A stretch of DNA of 64,000 nucleotides from an uncultured virus (IMG/VR IMGVR_UViG_3300005600_000030). Taxonomy: Duplodnaviria > Heunggongvirae > Uroviricota > Caudoviricetes. This document shows positions 1-9,195 of the stretch, piece by piece. Each line of letters begins with the position of its first letter. Positions within the stretch are counted from its first letter, which is position 1. The notes under the pieces are model-generated. The model was not told the DNA's origin, searched no databases, and saw nothing but the letters and a program-made list of their open reading frames with translations. Location: the IMG/VR virus record IMGVR_UViG_3300005600_000030, positions 1-64,000 of that record; one strand, written 5' to 3'. The position numbers and the translations under genes were made by a program.

Positions 1-68
1 CTACCAAAGGTAAAATAAACCTCCCTTTCCTCTTCGATGAGGTATTGGGAAAAATTCTTAATCGGCAC
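1..68 (-). CDS. 5' end of a cytidylyltransferase-like (HIGH-superfamily) nucleotidyltransferase, truncated by the window edge
   Basis: Not in the ORF track. GTG at 68 reads MPIKNFSQYLIEEEREVYFTFGR, which matches the 'FTFGR(F/M)NPP' start of T4-like phage cytidyltransferases. It overlaps the stop of 58..453. Confidence 0.65.
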   Translation of the reverse strand, partial: MPIKNFSQYLIEEEREVYFTFG

Positions 69-453
69 TTGGGCCCCCTTTTTTACGTTCAAGTTCTTTC
101 TTACGAACCTTCGGTAACATTTTCTGTGCGAGTTTGTCAATCTTAGGTTTCATCTTATCTAGTCTTTTCTCAATGTCCTGTCTGCGAGACATTGACAACT
201 CGTCTTTGGGGATATCTTTAGTTAGTTTCTTTAGGATAATATTACGTGCGGCTTTACGTGCACGTTTTTTGATGGTATCCATATTCGCCATCTTACGGGC
301 AGCGCGTTTGCGGCCGATTGCGATTTTGGGTGCAAGTTTCTTCATCTGACGAGACTTCGCCATACGTTGTTGTACGGTCAATGCCTCTTGCGCGACTTCT
401 TCGTTGGTATCAACGGAGTCGAATTCTTTGAATCTAAGCGGTTTCTTTGCCAC
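58..453 (-). CDS. Highly basic protein, probable internal virion protein
   Basis: K/R-rich 131 aa; FKEF motif near the N-terminus; GAGG RBS; lies in the late operon. Confidence 0.7.
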   Translation of the reverse strand: MAKKPLRFKEFDSVDTNEEVAQEALTVQQRMAKSRQMKKLAPKIAIGRKRAARKMANMDTIKKRARKAARNIILKKLTKDIPKDELSMSRRQDIEKRLDKMKPKIDKLAQKMLPKVRKKELERKKGGPSAD

Positions 454-477
454 TTCTATTTCCTCTGGTTTATCCCA

Positions 478-1698
478 TTAAGTACGACTAGGTGTGTCCC
501 AGCCTTTTAATATATCGGGTGAAAAGTTGTTGTATGAGAATTCCATACGGTCAACAAGTTTCACCGCATCACCACCAAGTTTATCTATTGCCACATAACC
601 TTCTTCACCAGTTACTTTATAACCAGTTTTGGTTTTAACAAAAGTGTCAATATCTTTTAAACTGTTAAGTTTATTTATAAGAGTTAACTTTGCAAGAACT
701 ATCATTTTTTGCAATTCGAACATCTTTTCTAGAGATGCTCGATTTGCAGGTGAAAAGAACGACATTATTTCTTCGCGTTTGGTTTCTTGGGCTTGCTTAC
801 CCTTTTCGGTTTTGCGCTTGTCGATTTCTTTTTGGTACTTGTCGTTGATGTATTTGATGAGACCTTTGACGTGGGTTTTCGAGTTGCCGATGACTTCGCC
901 TTTGCGGACTTTGGTGTTTCCGTAGGTTTCGATGGTTTGGGCGAGGGTGGGGTTTCCTTCGAGGGTTCTGAGGGTCGTCCCACTAATTTGGTTAAAAAGT
1001 TTACCAGCTTGCGAAAGATATTCATTCACTTTCTCCGTTTCTTTAGTTGTCATTGTTGCGTTAGATAAATCACGAAGCATTGCATCTTGTGACCATACAG
1101 TAGTAGACTTTTTAAGTTTCGATACATCAACACCATAGGATGCCTTCATCGTCTCAAAAGAACTACCAGTATATGTAGTGTGCCACACTATACCGATTTT
1201 TGCAGCCTTAACTGATTGCGCCTGTTCTTCCGGTACTGCATACACAATTGTATTAGGATGGAACGTTACATATTTTTGTCCATCGATTGTCTTAGTCTGT
1301 ACATCACCTCGACCAAAAAGAAAGTCGCCCTGAATAACACCTTTAATACCAAGACTTGGTAGATATTTAAGAGCGTCTTTAAGTTTGTCCGCAAGGTCTC
1401 CCGAAGTGTCTTCTTCAATTTCTGCATTAGTTTTATATACCTTTGGGTTCTTATTAAATATACCTTTCTTCGCAACAAAGAACTCACCGTCCCGTGGGTC
1501 TTGTCCACAGAAGATTGCAGGCGCACCATCCCATTTTACCGAGACTTTTCCGCTGTGTTTACCGGACAACATATCACGCAATTCTCGCAGTGCAAGGATT
1601 GCTTGCCGTGTACCATTCACACCCCCGTAAATGACTTTATCTTCGATATGCGTCATGTGGGTGTTCTTTTGTTCTGTGATAAATTCTTTAAATTTCAT
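478..1698 (-). CDS. Ligase-like nucleotidyltransferase-fold protein (DUF6267-like) with a capsid-targeting-like N-terminus
   Basis: KWDG (motif I-like), QGDF, EGYV and VKLVDR motifs; N-terminus MKFKEFITE. Confidence 0.7.
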   Translation of the reverse strand: MKFKEFITEQKNTHMTHIEDKVIYGGVNGTRQAILALRELRDMLSGKHSGKVSVKWDGAPAIFCGQDPRDGEFFVAKKGIFNKNPKVYKTNAEIEEDTSGDLADKLKDALKYLPSLGIKGVIQGDFLFGRGDVQTKTIDGQKYVTFHPNTIVYAVPEEQAQSVKAAKIGIVWHTTYTGSSFETMKASYGVDVSKLKKSTTVWSQDAMLRDLSNATMTTKETEKVNEYLSQAGKLFNQISGTTLRTLEGNPTLAQTIETYGNTKVRKGEVIGNSKTHVKGLIKYINDKYQKEIDKRKTEKGKQAQETKREEIMSFFSPANRASLEKMFELQKMIVLAKLTLINKLNSLKDIDTFVKTKTGYKVTGEEGYVAIDKLGGDAVKLVDRMEFSYNNFSPDILKGWDTPSRT

Positions 1699-3032
1699 TA
1701 TCTTACCTCAATCCAACCCAGATCTGCCCAACCCGTCTTGTTTGAACCCGTTGAAGCAACAGCAATCAGGAACGTGGTTGTAGTATCACCTAGTGTTGTT
1801 GTGGTCTTTCTGGCAAGTTGAGTAATCGACCTTTCAGGAAATTCAACTTTCTGTCCCATGTTACCACTAGAAACATATGTTGTTCCTAAAATATTACCGT
1901 TGGTATAACCAGTAGCGGTGATATTATATTCAATAGGAGAATCAGAGTCGTATGAAACCCAAGTGCCGCCAGTAACAGTAGCATCTTCGATTGCTCTGAT
2001 AAACATACTTGAGTTATCTAATGTAGCACCAGAATATTCATCGGGTAGTACGACAGAGTTTAGTGCGTCTGCCTTGAGTCGTATCGCAACAATAGGATAA
2101 AAAGTATTAGCAGATGTGAGGGATTTTCCTGTAATTGCCGAAGAAATACTTTTTTGTCTTCCGAGAAGAGTAGTTGTTCCTTCAGTAAGGAATGAATGAG
2201 AACCCTGATACACGGAGTGAGTTCCCGCAATACCATCAACATTTGTCAATTCTATGCGAACTGGAAGTGCACCACGTGATGCCCAAGTGTGGTCATGAGT
2301 ATTAGCGTGATCTATCTTATGAATAGAAATTGCATTGTTGTCAATAACAAACTTCCACTCAACCTGTCCTGCACCATACCACTCGTACTCAATTACCATT
2401 AATTGAATTTTAGAAAGATCTAATGTGATACCACTCGGCCCAGTACCATCCAACTTATCAACAGACCAATTTGCACGAGAATAACGTTCTTCGTCTTCTC
2501 CACCGGCAGTATCTCTTCTCAATACACAATAAAGGTCATCACCATCATCTTCAAAGTATGCACCTTTGTCATCATCGAATACACCGAATCTTTTACGAAT
2601 ACCCGATGTCTGAGATCCAAAAATTACAGACATAGAAACTTCATTAGCACGGCCTGGTAAATATCTCTGGATACGTGCGGTTTGTCGAATGATCGAATCT
2701 CCAGAATCCGAACCAACCTCTAATTCAACCATACCGAGATACGGATCATGGGTAGAAGAACCTGTACCAACAACGAGTTCGTCCCAAATATCTACGTCTT
2801 TTCCGTATGTAAATGTGTTGAAGTCTGTCACTTCATATGTAGAAACTTTACGTCTATTCTTAGAAGTGTGTTGAACAGTATCGTCATCGACTAGAAGAAC
2901 TTGTTTGCCCCAAGGGTTTTCTGTAGTGCCAACAATAGGTAAAGGATTGCCACTATCTACCAACGTGCCGTGTCTATTTACTAGTGCAGTAGTTTCATGA
3001 AACTTTCCCTGCGCGCCTTTAATTTGTGCCAT
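1698..3032 (-). CDS. Beta-rich putative virion structural protein
   Basis: 444-aa G/T/S/D-rich ORF, translationally coupled within the late operon. Confidence 0.6.
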   Translation of the reverse strand: MAQIKGAQGKFHETTALVNRHGTLVDSGNPLPIVGTTENPWGKQVLLVDDDTVQHTSKNRRKVSTYEVTDFNTFTYGKDVDIWDELVVGTGSSTHDPYLGMVELEVGSDSGDSIIRQTARIQRYLPGRANEVSMSVIFGSQTSGIRKRFGVFDDDKGAYFEDDGDDLYCVLRRDTAGGEDEERYSRANWSVDKLDGTGPSGITLDLSKIQLMVIEYEWYGAGQVEWKFVIDNNAISIHKIDHANTHDHTWASRGALPVRIELTNVDGIAGTHSVYQGSHSFLTEGTTTLLGRQKSISSAITGKSLTSANTFYPIVAIRLKADALNSVVLPDEYSGATLDNSSMFIRAIEDATVTGGTWVSYDSDSPIEYNITATGYTNGNILGTTYVSSGNMGQKVEFPERSITQLARKTTTTLGDTTTTFLIAVASTGSNKTGWADLGWIEVR

Positions 3033-3033
3033 T

Positions 3034-4335
3034 TTAACTTACCTTTAAGTGTACCGCAGATAGCGGTGATTGTGACTTTGCTACACGGAATAAATAATCC
3101 ATGAATTGTTGTTCGCGACCTTGTATCATTATGAAAATAGAAGTCACATAGTACTTAGAGACTAACCATTCTGTTGTCTTACCTTCCAGATTCTTTTTAA
3201 AAGTTTCCTTGTCTACCGGACTATCTACTGCACCATCATAGAATCCATAGAATTTGTCTAGGAACGCATCCCTATCTTTCTTGATGGACGACTCAAGATC
3301 CTTACGATTCTCGGTCTTATCACGAGTTGTTGCATATAGAGCCGCATCAATACCACCATGAGATACCTTACCATGTTTAGCAGCTTTACCGATAATCTCG
3401 CACTGGAAGGTAGGGAAGGTTCGGAACTGCATCTCAATACCACCGGCACCAAACAGGTAACCATCTTTGGACTTGAAGAAATCTTTCTTACCATAAGATG
3501 ACTTGGTGAACTTCGCACCTTTGAATGGTTTCTTATAGTTAACTTGAGACAGTCTGACCTTGTTACCTATTACCTTCTTCAACGACACACCAATGATATC
3601 ACGTGCAGTGTATGCCTTCATCAATTCGTTGTTCAGGTATTCCAGAGACTTTGCACCCTCTATATCATACATGTTCTCTGCACCCTTTGCGACCATGTAG
3701 ATGTCCGCAGGAGACCATTTGTTGACATTACCGAATGCTTTCTCGATGCGATTCAACTCTTTAAACTTCTTCTCTAATATCTCAACCCAACCAGATCCAC
3801 GATGGAAACTGTATTGTTTTTTACCTAGAGCTTTATGTAGAATTTTTGCGGCAGTAATGGAAGAGGAGATCCATCCTTCATCAGCCAGAAGAACTTCATC
3901 TAGAGACGCATCTGTATGCGTTTTGGGATATGCGTTACGTATATCATCCGCAGAGAATTTAGTTGTCCGGTTATCCCAGATTGCTTGTAGATAAACACAT
4001 TGTGCAGATTCAGTTGCACGAGTGTTGGCTGCACCACCACCCGAACCACGACCACCCCCGAACTCGGCAGTCTTAGATAACTTACCGAATGCGAGTTTAG
4101 TTCCATCTAGGGTTTCGAGTCCAATTGACTGTGCGAGTTTAGAGTTTCCTGATTTAACAGCTTTCTCAATCTCTGCATTGTACTTAAAGACTACTTGGTC
4201 ACCACCGACCAACTCAAAGGGTTCATTACCTTTATACTTTCGGAGAAATAATTCTATTCGGTCAGGTCTATCCTCACGAGTGATTTCTCCGAAGGTCAAA
4301 GATGCCTCCGATAAAAAAGTTTTGAACCCTATCAT
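3034..4335 (-). CDS. Putative PD-(D/E)xK restriction-like endonuclease with a capsid-targeting-like N-terminus
   Basis: TESAQC ... KWSPADIY ... IIGVSLKK motifs; N-terminus MIGFKTFLSE; late promoter directly upstream. Confidence 0.6.
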   Translation of the reverse strand: MIGFKTFLSEASLTFGEITREDRPDRIELFLRKYKGNEPFELVGGDQVVFKYNAEIEKAVKSGNSKLAQSIGLETLDGTKLAFGKLSKTAEFGGGRGSGGGAANTRATESAQCVYLQAIWDNRTTKFSADDIRNAYPKTHTDASLDEVLLADEGWISSSITAAKILHKALGKKQYSFHRGSGWVEILEKKFKELNRIEKAFGNVNKWSPADIYMVAKGAENMYDIEGAKSLEYLNNELMKAYTARDIIGVSLKKVIGNKVRLSQVNYKKPFKGAKFTKSSYGKKDFFKSKDGYLFGAGGIEMQFRTFPTFQCEIIGKAAKHGKVSHGGIDAALYATTRDKTENRKDLESSIKKDRDAFLDKFYGFYDGAVDSPVDKETFKKNLEGKTTEWLVSKYYVTSIFIMIQGREQQFMDYLFRVAKSQSPLSAVHLKVS

Positions 4336-4374
4336 TCCTATTTCCTAAAAGTGATTATAACTGAATTATACCAC

Positions 4375-4382
4375 TATTTATA
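4375..4382 (-). promoter_or_regulatory. T4-type late promoter (gp55-dependent)
   Basis: TATAAATA on the minus strand, 40 nt upstream of the 4335 start. Confidence 0.8.
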
Positions 4383-5091
4383 CAAAAAGGGAAGTAGAAT
4401 TTTCCTCATTATATTGTGCAATAGTTTCGATTAGGGGTCGTACCCAGTTGTCTCGATGTTCGATAAACACTTGAGGTTCATTGTTATCAACCGAGATTAT
4501 GGTAACCAACTGAGTGATAGGTTGACCAGTACGTTCTTCCCACATGATTGCATACGCAGCTTCTTGCATGAAGTAGTTCTTAATCCAGTCAAGACGTTTA
4601 GGTTTCATCGAAGTTTTGTAATCGATGATTGACGGTTTACCATCAAAGATACCCACGCAATCCACACGACCCGCAACACCCAAATGATTGGAGTATAGTG
4701 GGGCTTCTTGTGCGAAGACCTTAGTCAAACGTTCATCAAGTATTGGTTTCAAATCAAGGAAAGAACCAATAATGTCAGGTGTGTAACCCTCTTTGAAGTT
4801 GGGGTCATTGTTAACATACTTCTCACAGATTTCGTGAACCGAGGTACCACGAGTAGATGCACGATAAGAGACACGATTCGCCTCTTCCTCACCTACACGT
4901 TTACGCCACTTGGCAATACTGTCACGTGACAGAATCGAAAGGACTGTAGTGATAGAGGGAAGGTTGACACCTTCGGGGGTTTTGTATTTGCGGCCACTAT
5001 CGGTGGTCACTGCTTCCATCTCGGTCAATTCGACCGGAACATGTTCAAACATTATATATTTCTCTCTTTTGTTTAGGAATTCATCACTCAA
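4378..5091 (-). CDS. Cas4/RecB-like PD-(D/E)xK exonuclease
   Basis: SITTVL, RGTSVHE, E..AGRVD..IIDYKTS and QEAAYA motifs; true start probably MFEHV at about 5052. Confidence 0.85.
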   Translation of the reverse strand: MSDEFLNKREKYIMFEHVPVELTEMEAVTTDSGRKYKTPEGVNLPSITTVLSILSRDSIAKWRKRVGEEEANRVSYRASTRGTSVHEICEKYVNNDPNFKEGYTPDIIGSFLDLKPILDERLTKVFAQEAPLYSNHLGVAGRVDCVGIFDGKPSIIDYKTSMKPKRLDWIKNYFMQEAAYAIMWEERTGQPITQLVTIISVDNNEPQVFIEHRDNWVRPLIETIAQYNEENSTSLFV

Positions 5092-5102
5092 TTTGTACAG
5101 TC

Positions 5103-5131
5103 ATTATCTCATAATCATAACAAGAAGTCAA
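5103..5131 (-). promoter_or_regulatory. Sigma70-type early promoter, repeated class
   Basis: TTGACT-TCTTGTTATGATTATGA(17)-GATAAT. Confidence 0.8.
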
Positions 5132-5168
5132 GTGTTTTTATTGATAAAATGTGACCCAAATGTGAGTT

Positions 5169-5861
5169 TTAGTCGATGGACTCGTAGAACTCGATATCCG
5201 ATGCATAGTATGAACGCAGAAGGTCTATGCAATCTTCGGCCATCCAAGTCGCTATTGGTAGTTTAAGATACTCGGGTGTTGGGTCACCGAGTTGTATCTG
5301 AGGTACATCAGTCTCCGCAAAACCTCCCGCATTACCCACTACGGTAGATAGAACCGTATCCATAGACTCTAGTTTGTACGGAGTTAGTATGAGTTCATCG
5401 TTGTGATAAAAATAATCACGGTAGTTCCATTTGAAATCTAATGCAAGGTCAGTTCGACCATTGAACAATCCATGACGTATCGCAAGAGTCATGGTATCTA
5501 TATTATCACCTTCCCACAAACCGAATGACTTTGCCAACATAAATCTAGACACCCATCTTTCCAGAGGGTCTCGGACAAATGCAAAACTGGTATACTCACG
5601 AAGTTCTTCTAGTGTGATTAGTCCTTGGTCAATCGCCTGTGTAGGCGTCATGTGATATTCATTGAGAGTTCTGGTCGCAAGACTATCTCGTCTTGAAAGA
5701 GTATCCTCATTCATCTCCAAGGATTCTATTTCATCTAGGTTGGTTATCACATCATCATCTCGAGTAGGGAGTTGACTGTTTTCTAACACATACTGGGCAG
5801 AGTTAGACCCTACCCTTGGTACTGAAAAGTATGCGATTTTATGTTGGTGAGATATAAACAT
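5169..5861 (-). CDS. Sulfotransferase family 2-like protein
   Basis: N-terminal ISH..IAYFSVPRVGSNS (5'-PSB-like), FAFVRDPLERWVS (3'-PB-like), C-terminal YYASDIEFY. Confidence 0.7.
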   Translation of the reverse strand: MFISHQHKIAYFSVPRVGSNSAQYVLENSQLPTRDDDVITNLDEIESLEMNEDTLSRRDSLATRTLNEYHMTPTQAIDQGLITLEELREYTSFAFVRDPLERWVSRFMLAKSFGLWEGDNIDTMTLAIRHGLFNGRTDLALDFKWNYRDYFYHNDELILTPYKLESMDTVLSTVVGNAGGFAETDVPQIQLGDPTPEYLKLPIATWMAEDCIDLLRSYYASDIEFYESID

Positions 5862-6466
5862 TATTTCATTTTCCTTGTCACGTCAGCATATCCGTCCACG
5901 ACATACGCATCCGGATAGAATCTTCTAATTAAATCTTCTTGCATTGGGCCTACCGTTTCACCCTTCCATCGAGTTGCAACAGTAGTCATATCTAAATCTT
6001 CGTCCCATCTTTCAAACGCGAGTAAAGGGAACCCTTTATTCAACTGACCTTCACGTTCCTTAAAGTTGATTCCTGCACCATGCGCCTCACCCGCCTTCAA
6101 TATATGACTGGTAATCATTGGTTCCATACCTTCAGGACTTGGATAGTATGGCATTCTATATTTGATAACTTCTACGCCAGGATGTTCATGTATAGGTAAA
6201 TTAGGTGTAGGAAAAATCATGTAGAGTTCTACCTGATACCTTCCATGTCTAAACATACACATCGAGGTCGCATCGTCCGAACGATAAATCTCTGTATCGA
6301 GTGGGGGTGCAAATGGCATATTATTATAGAACCACCATTGTGCAAAATCCTTAACTGTTCCGAAGTCGCCAGGGATGTCAATCTTTCCATCTATCGGGTG
6401 TTCCGGAACAAAACGTTCTCTGTCCCTACTCTCGGGTATTTCAGTTGCTATTAATTTCTCATCCAT
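5861..6466 (-). CDS. Cupin-like protein
   Basis: PIHEHPGVE ... GEAHG metal-binding pattern; late promoter upstream. Confidence 0.55.
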   Translation of the reverse strand: MDEKLIATEIPESRDRERFVPEHPIDGKIDIPGDFGTVKDFAQWWFYNNMPFAPPLDTEIYRSDDATSMCMFRHGRYQVELYMIFPTPNLPIHEHPGVEVIKYRMPYYPSPEGMEPMITSHILKAGEAHGAGINFKEREGQLNKGFPLLAFERWDEDLDMTTVATRWKGETVGPMQEDLIRRFYPDAYVVDGYADVTRKMK

Positions 6467-6499
6467 TACGGGTACCTGTGATTACAATGCAGTTTCCCA

Positions 6500-6507
6500 T
6501 ATTTATA
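6500..6507 (-). promoter_or_regulatory. T4-type late promoter
   Basis: TATAAATA overlapping the stop of the ATP-grasp gene. Confidence 0.7.
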
Positions 6508-8101
6508 CAATAAACAACGCATCGAACGTTGGGTCGAGTAACAACATTCTCAGTTGTTCTTGATGAGTACCTTTATGGTACCACTCTTTACCGTCACTCC
6601 ATGTAACCTTTTCACCGGAAAGAACTGCATAACGAATACCTTCCTCCACGTTTTTCAGTACTTCATCTTCTTGTATGACAGGTATACAACAGTCACCTTC
6701 AAAATAGGTATCGATGAACTCGGGTAGGTAACTACGAGAGATACTAGCCGCACAGAATGTAGGAGATGGATTGATGTCAGTAATCACCATATCCGATTTG
6801 TGCCATGGTACCGACAAATCTTTTCCGATGATATCCACACCCGCAATATCCAGACCCAAAACTTTGGTTGCGCGTATCGCCATATCAATATTGTCAGGAT
6901 GAATCTTCTTGGTCATATCCTCATCTATACCACCATCTTGGGTAGACTCTATGGCTCTTAGATAAACCACTTCACCCTCGGCAGGTACAGTCTGACCATC
7001 CATACCCGTGAGTTGTAGATGCAGTTCGGTAGTATAGTCAAAGTGTGCAAAGGGTTCGCGATTCCAGACCGGACGTTTATCTTGACGAGTTTTTTCTTTC
7101 TCATTAAGGGATAATATAGTATCGACACCATTACCTACCACGTAAATAGGGTCACGTTTTACCGCATAGACCATTTTTCCATTGGTGATAAAGAGTCGAT
7201 GACACACACCTTCGACAGGTTTTTCTATCAACAGAACTTTACTGATAGACGCATTCATACCCTTCTGGACTGCACCACGTAACATGGCATCATTGTCCAC
7301 ATTAATAGTCACACCTTCCCCACGGTCACCATCTACAGGTTTGACCACCACAGGGTATCCCAAGTCTTCTACTACCCCTAGTGCATGTTCTAGACGAGTC
7401 ACCATATAATGCTCGGGTGTAGGGAATCCCATGTTCCGTAATGTACTTGACGCAACAAACTTATCCCCTGCAATATCAACACCAATACTAGAATCACGGT
7501 CGGACATACTGCCTTTAATACGTCTCTGAGAACTTCCTGTACCTAGTTGGTAGATACCCTTACCTAGACATACAAAGGGTATTCCACGTTCTCCCGCAGC
7601 CTTGATTACAGGAACAGTTGCATTTGAATATGCGACCATGATACGTATATCAGGTATTACCTTAGACTCTATATGTGACATCAATGATAAGATGTTATTA
7701 TCAGTAGGTTCGGTTGTTAATGATTTGTGACATATCGAGATGGCATGTTGAAGAGAACCAGTGAAGGTTTCTGGCATAAAACCAGACAGACGGTATTGTA
7801 TCAGTTCAACCTCGATGGAATCACCTAGGTCAGTAACCTCGGTAACCATGGGTATCTTGAAAGTAGGGACTCCTACTGCATTCTGGAGAGTTACCGATAG
7901 ACGTAACACACAGTTAAGAAAAGTCACTATCGACTTATCCTTGCAAGGTATAGTTGTCGTCTCCGGACTTATTTCTAAAACATCATTGACCCAGCAGGTT
8001 AACTGTTTGAAGTTCCCACTAGGTTTTTTGATAGTTAACGTTAATTCTGTATCGGGGGTATTGTTAATAATCCCATGAATATCAAGAGGACTCAATGTCA
8101 C
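6503..8101 (-). CDS. Cyanophycin-synthetase-like ATP-grasp ligase lacking the Mur-ligase domain
   Basis: YQLGTG..QRRI, IAGDK, YPVVVKP.DGDRGEGVT, LIEK..G..HRL, VVGNG, IAGVDII, DINPSP. Start re-assigned to GTG 8101 (AAGGAG RBS, GTGA overlap with the upstream stop). Confidence 0.8.
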   Translation of the reverse strand: MTLSPLDIHGIINNTPDTELTLTIKKPSGNFKQLTCWVNDVLEISPETTTIPCKDKSIVTFLNCVLRLSVTLQNAVGVPTFKIPMVTEVTDLGDSIEVELIQYRLSGFMPETFTGSLQHAISICHKSLTTEPTDNNILSLMSHIESKVIPDIRIMVAYSNATVPVIKAAGERGIPFVCLGKGIYQLGTGSSQRRIKGSMSDRDSSIGVDIAGDKFVASSTLRNMGFPTPEHYMVTRLEHALGVVEDLGYPVVVKPVDGDRGEGVTINVDNDAMLRGAVQKGMNASISKVLLIEKPVEGVCHRLFITNGKMVYAVKRDPIYVVGNGVDTILSLNEKEKTRQDKRPVWNREPFAHFDYTTELHLQLTGMDGQTVPAEGEVVYLRAIESTQDGGIDEDMTKKIHPDNIDMAIRATKVLGLDIAGVDIIGKDLSVPWHKSDMVITDINPSPTFCAASISRSYLPEFIDTYFEGDCCIPVIQEDEVLKNVEEGIRYAVLSGEKVTWSDGKEWYHKGTHQEQLRMLLLDPTFDALFIV

Positions 8102-8367
8102 ACAAACTCCTTTATTAGTGCTGACCCTAATAAAAGTGTCATTACCGCATTCAAAATAATCAGTGCACGGTCTTTCCACATCACCGATACCCATAACCAA
8201 AGCAAGGTACCGAGTAAACCGAAGGACAGGTCGAAATGTCGGAACTCGACACCCGCATTACGGAATGTCACCGAAACCAAGATAATTACAGTTGCAGCCC
8301 ACTTGACATACCAGTCAAAGTTTTTACCGTACCACTTGTCATCAACTTTCTCTTCCATGTTACTCAA
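8098..8367 (-). CDS. Small multi-pass membrane protein
   Basis: Three hydrophobic segments; YVKWAAT..W..W.DRALIILN pattern. Confidence 0.7.
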   Translation of the reverse strand: MSNMEEKVDDKWYGKNFDWYVKWAATVIILVSVTFRNAGVEFRHFDLSFGLLGTLLWLWVSVMWKDRALIILNAVMTLLLGSALIKEFV

Positions 8368-8578
8368 ATACTCCTGTCAAAATATATGTTATTATTATAA
8401 CAGATACTAACAAGATTGACAAGATAAAGTTTATAATCATTTCATCAGTGAACGTTTTTAGTTTACTTTCTTTGAGACATGTTGCCTCGATTCTTGCACG
8501 TCTTTTTGGGTAAGTCACTACCGTTATAACAAGGGATGCAACTAGTGCAATCAGTATTGCATCTATAATAGGTATCAT
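8360..8578 (-). CDS. Small two-TM membrane protein
   Basis: Two hydrophobic stretches; GGAG RBS. Confidence 0.6.
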   Translation of the reverse strand: MIPIIDAILIALVASLVITVVTYPKRRARIEATCLKESKLKTFTDEMIINFILSILLVSVIIITYILTGVFE

Positions 8579-8587
8579 AATATTCTC

Positions 8588-8797
8588 CTAATAACTGTAA
8601 ACAACGAGTTTGATTTTATCAGCACCCAAGGATTCTTCTTTAATGATAGGGTCGACCAAATCGAACGCCTTTCCTAGTATCTTCATACACATCGACTTTC
8701 TTTTGTATAGAGGTGCGTCAAATATATCAGGATGTTCGTCTGGATAAAAGAACACTTTATATTGTGTTACTTCTTTTACGCTATCAACTACCATCAT
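8588..8797 (-). CDS. Hypothetical protein
   Basis: Coupled ORF within the operon. Confidence 0.55.
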   Translation of the reverse strand: MMVVDSVKEVTQYKVFFYPDEHPDIFDAPLYKRKSMCMKILGKAFDLVDPIIKEESLGADKIKLVVYSY

Positions 8798-9195
8798 TAG
8801 TCTCTCACCTCAATCATGTTCTCAATACGATACTCAAGTTCCATGATTAACACTTTACGAAGTTGTGGATAGATACGAGTCTGTGTATCAAGTACTGCCT
8901 GAATATGGTCATTACTCATTTCACTTACTGGTACATATCGTAATGGCTGGTCGCCATTCTTACCATAAGTTCCCCAAGTGACTTGTTCACGTACTAACAT
9001 ATATTCATCATCAAGAAAAACCGAAGCATCAACTTCGTCACCGTTGACAGAACGTCTAATGTAATCTAGACCACCATCGACCATATAGGTTTTTCCATTG
9101 GTCGAATCCACATGTTCTTTATAATCATGACGTGAGTAACTCTGAAGTCGAGTGCCATCTGGTGTCCATAATGCATTGACTAATATATCACTCAT
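8797..9195 (-). CDS. Conserved phage hypothetical protein
   Basis: TPDG..L.S..RHDY, MVDGG.DY.RR and TWGTYGK pattern common in phages. Confidence 0.7.
   Translation of the reverse strand: MSDILVNALWTPDGTRLQSYSRHDYKEHVDSTNGKTYMVDGGLDYIRRSVNGDEVDASVFLDDEYMLVREQVTWGTYGKNGDQPLRYVPVSEMSNDHIQAVLDTQTRIYPQLRKVLIMELEYRIENMIEVRD

Noticed and set aside
765..1025. 86-aa K/P/S-rich alternate-frame ORF inside 478..1698
   Set aside because: Lies in a locally GC-richer stretch and is explained by frame-shifted codon bias; no RBS evident
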